Origin: Phoronis australis
Taxonomy: Eukaryota > Animalia > Phoronida
Assembly: GCA_002633005.1 (NCBI GenBank)
Contig: NMRA01000501.1
Coordinates: forward strand, 124,001-188,000
DNA length: 64,000 nucleotides
Direction: 5' to 3'
The notes beneath the pieces are model-generated. The model was not told where the DNA came from and made no database searches. It saw nothing but the letters and a program-made list of their open reading frames with translations. Numbering within the stretch: position 1 is the first letter of the stretch; the number at the start of each line of letters is the position of its first letter. Positions 60,801 through 64,000 of the stretch are shown here, in pieces. The position numbers and the translations under genes are program-made.

Positions 60801-62923
60801 GCTTATTTAAGTATTGAGGTTATGAAGTCACATCACCTAGCGGGCGCGGTAAAATTGGAGCGTGTGTAGTATAAAAATGGTGATTTCACGATTTTGGGAA
60901 CTGAAATAGGGACTGCTCGATGAAAAAGTTTGATAACGGGAGTATTTGTTCAAGTTGGAAGGAATTAAACACATCGACAACCTCCTAAGGTGTTCCTGTA
61001 TGCGCAAAAGATATTTATACCAACGTGACTTTGATGTTTTAGTCGGTGCGAGGCCTAATTCGCTGAAACCTTCCGGCGTACATGTATGGAGCGCCTATTA
61101 GAGCTGCATCGCTTCTGGTCGGGCCAACAGAGGCGACGGTCATTGCCTATAAACAAGCTAGCTAAGCCAGCAGGATAACATCAGGTGACTGTCGTCTGAT
61201 GAAGGTTTTCATGCCAAGCAGACGACTTTTGAAGGGGAAAGGTATGGACACAATATTTCCTTGGCATTTGATTGGCTGTTCGGATCATTTTGCGCTGACT
61301 CCCGGTGGCTAACAGATTAGTTGAGGTTATATTTTTACAACTTTAAAATTAAAATTCTTACTAAACGTGCAAGTGTATTCTTGGAAACTTTTTTAAAATT
61401 GACTTTTGAACAGCTGTAGATGGGTTCAATCCAAAGTTCCCGTTGCCCGCAGAAAGTGGCCACGGAGGTGAAAGATAGGAGAGCTGGGACTATGGCCTAG
61501 TAGTGGTTGACTGAAGACCTACGTTGCTCTATTTGGTGTCAGTTGACTGTAGTTGAACTCTGACGGATGGATATTTTAGTTTCGGCAGGCTTTCTCTTGT
61601 CCGACGACGTGACGTGGATACTGCCTTTCTGTAATTAACCGTATAGTTCCAAAGTGCTTCAAGATAGCCCCGTGACGTCAGTAAAAGACAACGATGTCGA
61701 CTCGGTGTTGCCGGGTTGACTATATACCTGGGAAATCCATGCATGAACGAGGCCAGGGTTGAGCTAAGTTCATGATCTTCTTACCCGTTGTCACCCTTCT
61801 AGTGTTTTCACCCCGCGCGTACTGATCTCATAGGTTATCACTTACAGTGCTGTAGTCGTGCTGTGTCCGCGCTCAATTGGTTTCATTCAAAATGGCCGCT
61901 CCTGCCTTCTCGTACAGCAGATGTTTCGCAGCAGATTACTGAAGCATGTATCCGCGACTACTCTTCATTGTATTCAATCTACGGCGGCTCCGTTACATAC
62001 GTGTACCGTGCATAATCGTCTCACGGCTCTATCATATTCCGACAGAACTGTTGTTGCATAGTCGTAAATATGTTAAACGTTAGTGTCTACCCGATGACCG
62101 GCATCTAGATATCAGCGTATGTTGATAGTCGTGACTGCAACTTACGCAGCTTTGGAAGTTAACGTCACAAATTACAGTCGCAGAGACTAATCACACAGTT
62201 ACAGCTGTACATTGTATTCGCCCCGCCCCATGCCTTTGCGGGTCAGTTGCCACCAGTATCGCAAATAGATCACGCATGGTGTTCTTTGCTTCCGGTAATG
62301 TTTTTTATTGTTTTGGTTGCAGATGAGCAGATTCTATGTCGTTCGTTTATCTTCCACGTTAAGCTTAATCAATTCTTTCTGTAGCCATTGACGGCGGTTG
62401 GACGGCATGGTATGTGTACAGACCGTGTGATGCTAAATGCGGAAGTGGTGCCATTGTTCACGTGCGCAACTGCACTCATCCGCTACCCAGAAACGGTGGC
62501 CAAAAGTGCGGAGGACACAATGTTAGAATCAGCCGATGTGACGTAGAAATCAAGTGCAAAGTACTCGCCGTTCACAATGAGGTTTCATCTGGTATGACTT
62601 AATGTCCACTCTATAGCATATACTCAAAGAGACTTTGCCTACTGGAAATTCAGAGGCTATTCACTGATCAAGTTGTAGCCTTTTCGGGTCAATCAAATCA
62701 TTTGGCGAATGATGGAGATACATGGGAATGTGGAAGTACACTTACTAGCAATGCTGAACGGAATTATGACAAAGTCTTTGTTTCGACCACACATATATCT
62801 AATTGCCATTGACGTCCTGAGATTATTTTTCTGGTTAAGAATTTGCCCCTTGTCTTTGCAGCTAAACCAAGAACTGACACGTTTTTAGGGAAACCTGTTG
62901 GCAATAGATTATTTATTTCTTAA
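39879..62923 (+). CDS. Kringle + six thrombospondin type-1 repeat protein, probably secreted; exons 39879-40072, 44628-44808, 45974-46144, 46711-46887, 49618-49791, 52294-52455, 52990-53157, 62385-62591, probable last 62862-62923; 5' end incomplete
   Basis: Kringle C..YRGK..T...C QRW / NYCRN..PWCY..RWQYC..PKC is split by a phase-0 intron. Six phase 1-1 exons each carry GxWxxW..CSxTCG..R.C..P.P..GG..C...C or a close variant. All junctions are GT-AG and in frame. The last exon (AKPRTDTFLGKPVGNRLFIS-stop) is less certain. Confidence 0.9.
41156..41290. mobile_element. Terminal region of a CAG(G/T)GGCGGATC-family DNA transposon, downstream of the hAT transposase
   Basis: CAATGGCGGATCTACGTTTTCAGTAA... 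homologous to the 7120 MITE; no partner end nearby. Confidence 0.65.
42256..43675 (-). mobile_element. Degraded hAT transposase (PRKRIR/THAP12-like) with two introns (43178-42928, 42716-42599)
   Basis: KTRWTE..H, RANVPAETP, E*YRRTVGIPFLD, DLPSPDSL and the hAT dimerization domain FPNVRELILIGCASPIGSCEAER..YLRATMSEERLDELSLMALH; internal stops and frameshifts. Confidence 0.88.
48212..48426. other. Assembly gap
   Basis: Run of N. Confidence 1.
54695..55695. mobile_element. 1-kb CAGAGGCGGATCTAGG-family element with a nested tRNA-like SINE head (~54945-55010)
   Basis: Termini CAGAGGCGGATCTAGG / CCTAAATCCGCCTATG; near-TSD TAATG/GAATG. Confidence 0.65.
56010..56170 (+). mobile_element. Penelope-like retroelement GIY-YIG C-terminal remnant
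   Basis: ETGHTFETGNVRLLSEESIWFDRLVKEA...SLNRHG matches the GHxF..V.IL..E..WF.R.VKEA....LNR pattern. Confidence 0.6.
56690..57210. repeat. Element with ~15-bp CCGAAGGTTCACAA subterminal repeats
   Basis: Repeated (C)CGAAGG(T/C)TCACAA units with inverted copies near 57180-57205. Confidence 0.5.
57293..57510 (+). mobile_element. tRNA-derived SINE
   Basis: GAGGAGGCAGTGCGGCCTGATTG (A box) ... GGTTCGAGTCCC (B box); body matches the other copies. Confidence 0.85.
59503..59737 (+). mobile_element. MITE family B inserted into an older degraded element
   Basis: CATGCA...TGCATG ends, near-TSD ATAAG/ACAAG; interrupts a minus-strand YHRQCY-containing frame. Confidence 0.65.
60197..61149. mobile_element. 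Non-autonomous MULE/foldback-type element, ~265-bp TIRs, 9-bp TSD
   Basis: TAGGCAATGACC...GGTCATTGCCTA long inverted arms; perfect TAAACAAGC at 60188-60196 and 61150-61158. Confidence 0.9.
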
Positions 62924-64000
62924 GGCTTAAGAACCAGTTTTGTGTTTATATAGTTCCCTACAATTTTAGATTCGCATACGCTCCTGTATCCATTTCAATA
63001 GTGTTAAGAGCGATCGTTAAATGGTTTAAAGTGTCACACATTTTTTTTTCCATAAAGCGCTCTAGAAGGTATCTGTTGTTTTATTCTTGAAAGTTTATAA
63101 ATTATCACCATCTATTCAAAACAGTTGTATTAGAAAGAAAGATATACAAACGTTTCTAGCAACTTTGCCTCTGCGTATTTTGAAAACAGAAGCGGAAGCA
63201 ATTTTCCTAACAATCGATACAGACTGGAAACGAATTTTAATGGAAACATGATTGTTCCTCAAACCCCGCAACAGGTTTGCAGAAAGCATGAATGAAGAAG
63301 AACCCGACTCTAGCCTATCGATCAAGCAGCAGGGTTCTTCGGCTAAGTTACTCGAGTTTTTCTCCTAAAACAGCTGTAAATCGAAAGACACGTCACTGGA
63401 AAAAATAGGTCTTGCAAGTTTACAGTCTTTGAGGCAGTTAACAATCAGATTTCGTCATTTTTTGCCAAAAACTGTGGCCGATTTAAACTGACTAAACGGT
63501 GGGCGGAGCTTATCGACTGTTCATTGTTGGACTTGTACATGTATGTTGAAATAAGGGTAGTGACTTGATCGAGGCATAATGATGCCGAGACGAAATCACT
63601 ATCGTATTTTAGAAACACGTAACAAAACGAAATCAGCAGTAAACAGGTCAATGCTAACAAAAAAGTTGACTCAGTCGGACGACGGAGCGTGAGTAAACGA
63701 TATTGATGGAATTGCATCTACATGTATATTTTCCTGGGAACTTGTTTAGTTGTTTTATTTTGATTTGTTGGAATACATAAACCTCCGAACTAAGAAAACA
63801 GGAACATGCAGGATTAGACGAACCGTAGAATTTTGTCTAACGGATGGGAATCTGTGAATCTCGGTAATCGAGGCGTCCACAGCTGATGTGATGGCTGCCG
63901 ACCGTTTTCATTACACTAATATCATATATGTACATGTACTAGAATATCTGACGAACGGTGATGAGTAATTTCAAATAAGCAAATGCATTAGCTACTGACC

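Overview
Intron-rich, transposon-dense animal genomic DNA (roughly 40% GC, two N gaps). The AOX type, kringle/TSP1 modules and repeat landscape suggest a marine invertebrate; this is inference. Genes reconstructed by eye from GT-AG splice sites: (1) an Hsp70-family C-terminal lid exon at the left edge; (2) a complete 7-exon syntaxin-6 (9344-14671, +); (3) a complete 2-exon animal-type mitochondrial alternative oxidase (22851-25329, +) with a clear TATA/Inr promoter; (4) a multi-exon, disabled 4-coumarate-CoA ligase/firefly-luciferase-like acyl-CoA synthetase pseudogene (27400-30922, -) of which the ORF track shows only fragments; (5) a large gene encoding one insertion-bearing kringle followed by six TSP1 repeats (39879-62923, +, probably starting near 32168). 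Repeats include tRNA-headed SINEs with T-rich tails and TSDs, several MITE families, an intron-containing hAT transposase relic, a MULE-like foldback element, and a ~1.9 kb duplication across a gap that looks like two haplotypes. The most striking non-gene signal is at least 32 copies of TACATGTA. Paired sequences within the window show TA becoming TACATGTA or TACAGTA, the pattern expected of Tc1/mariner excision footprints.
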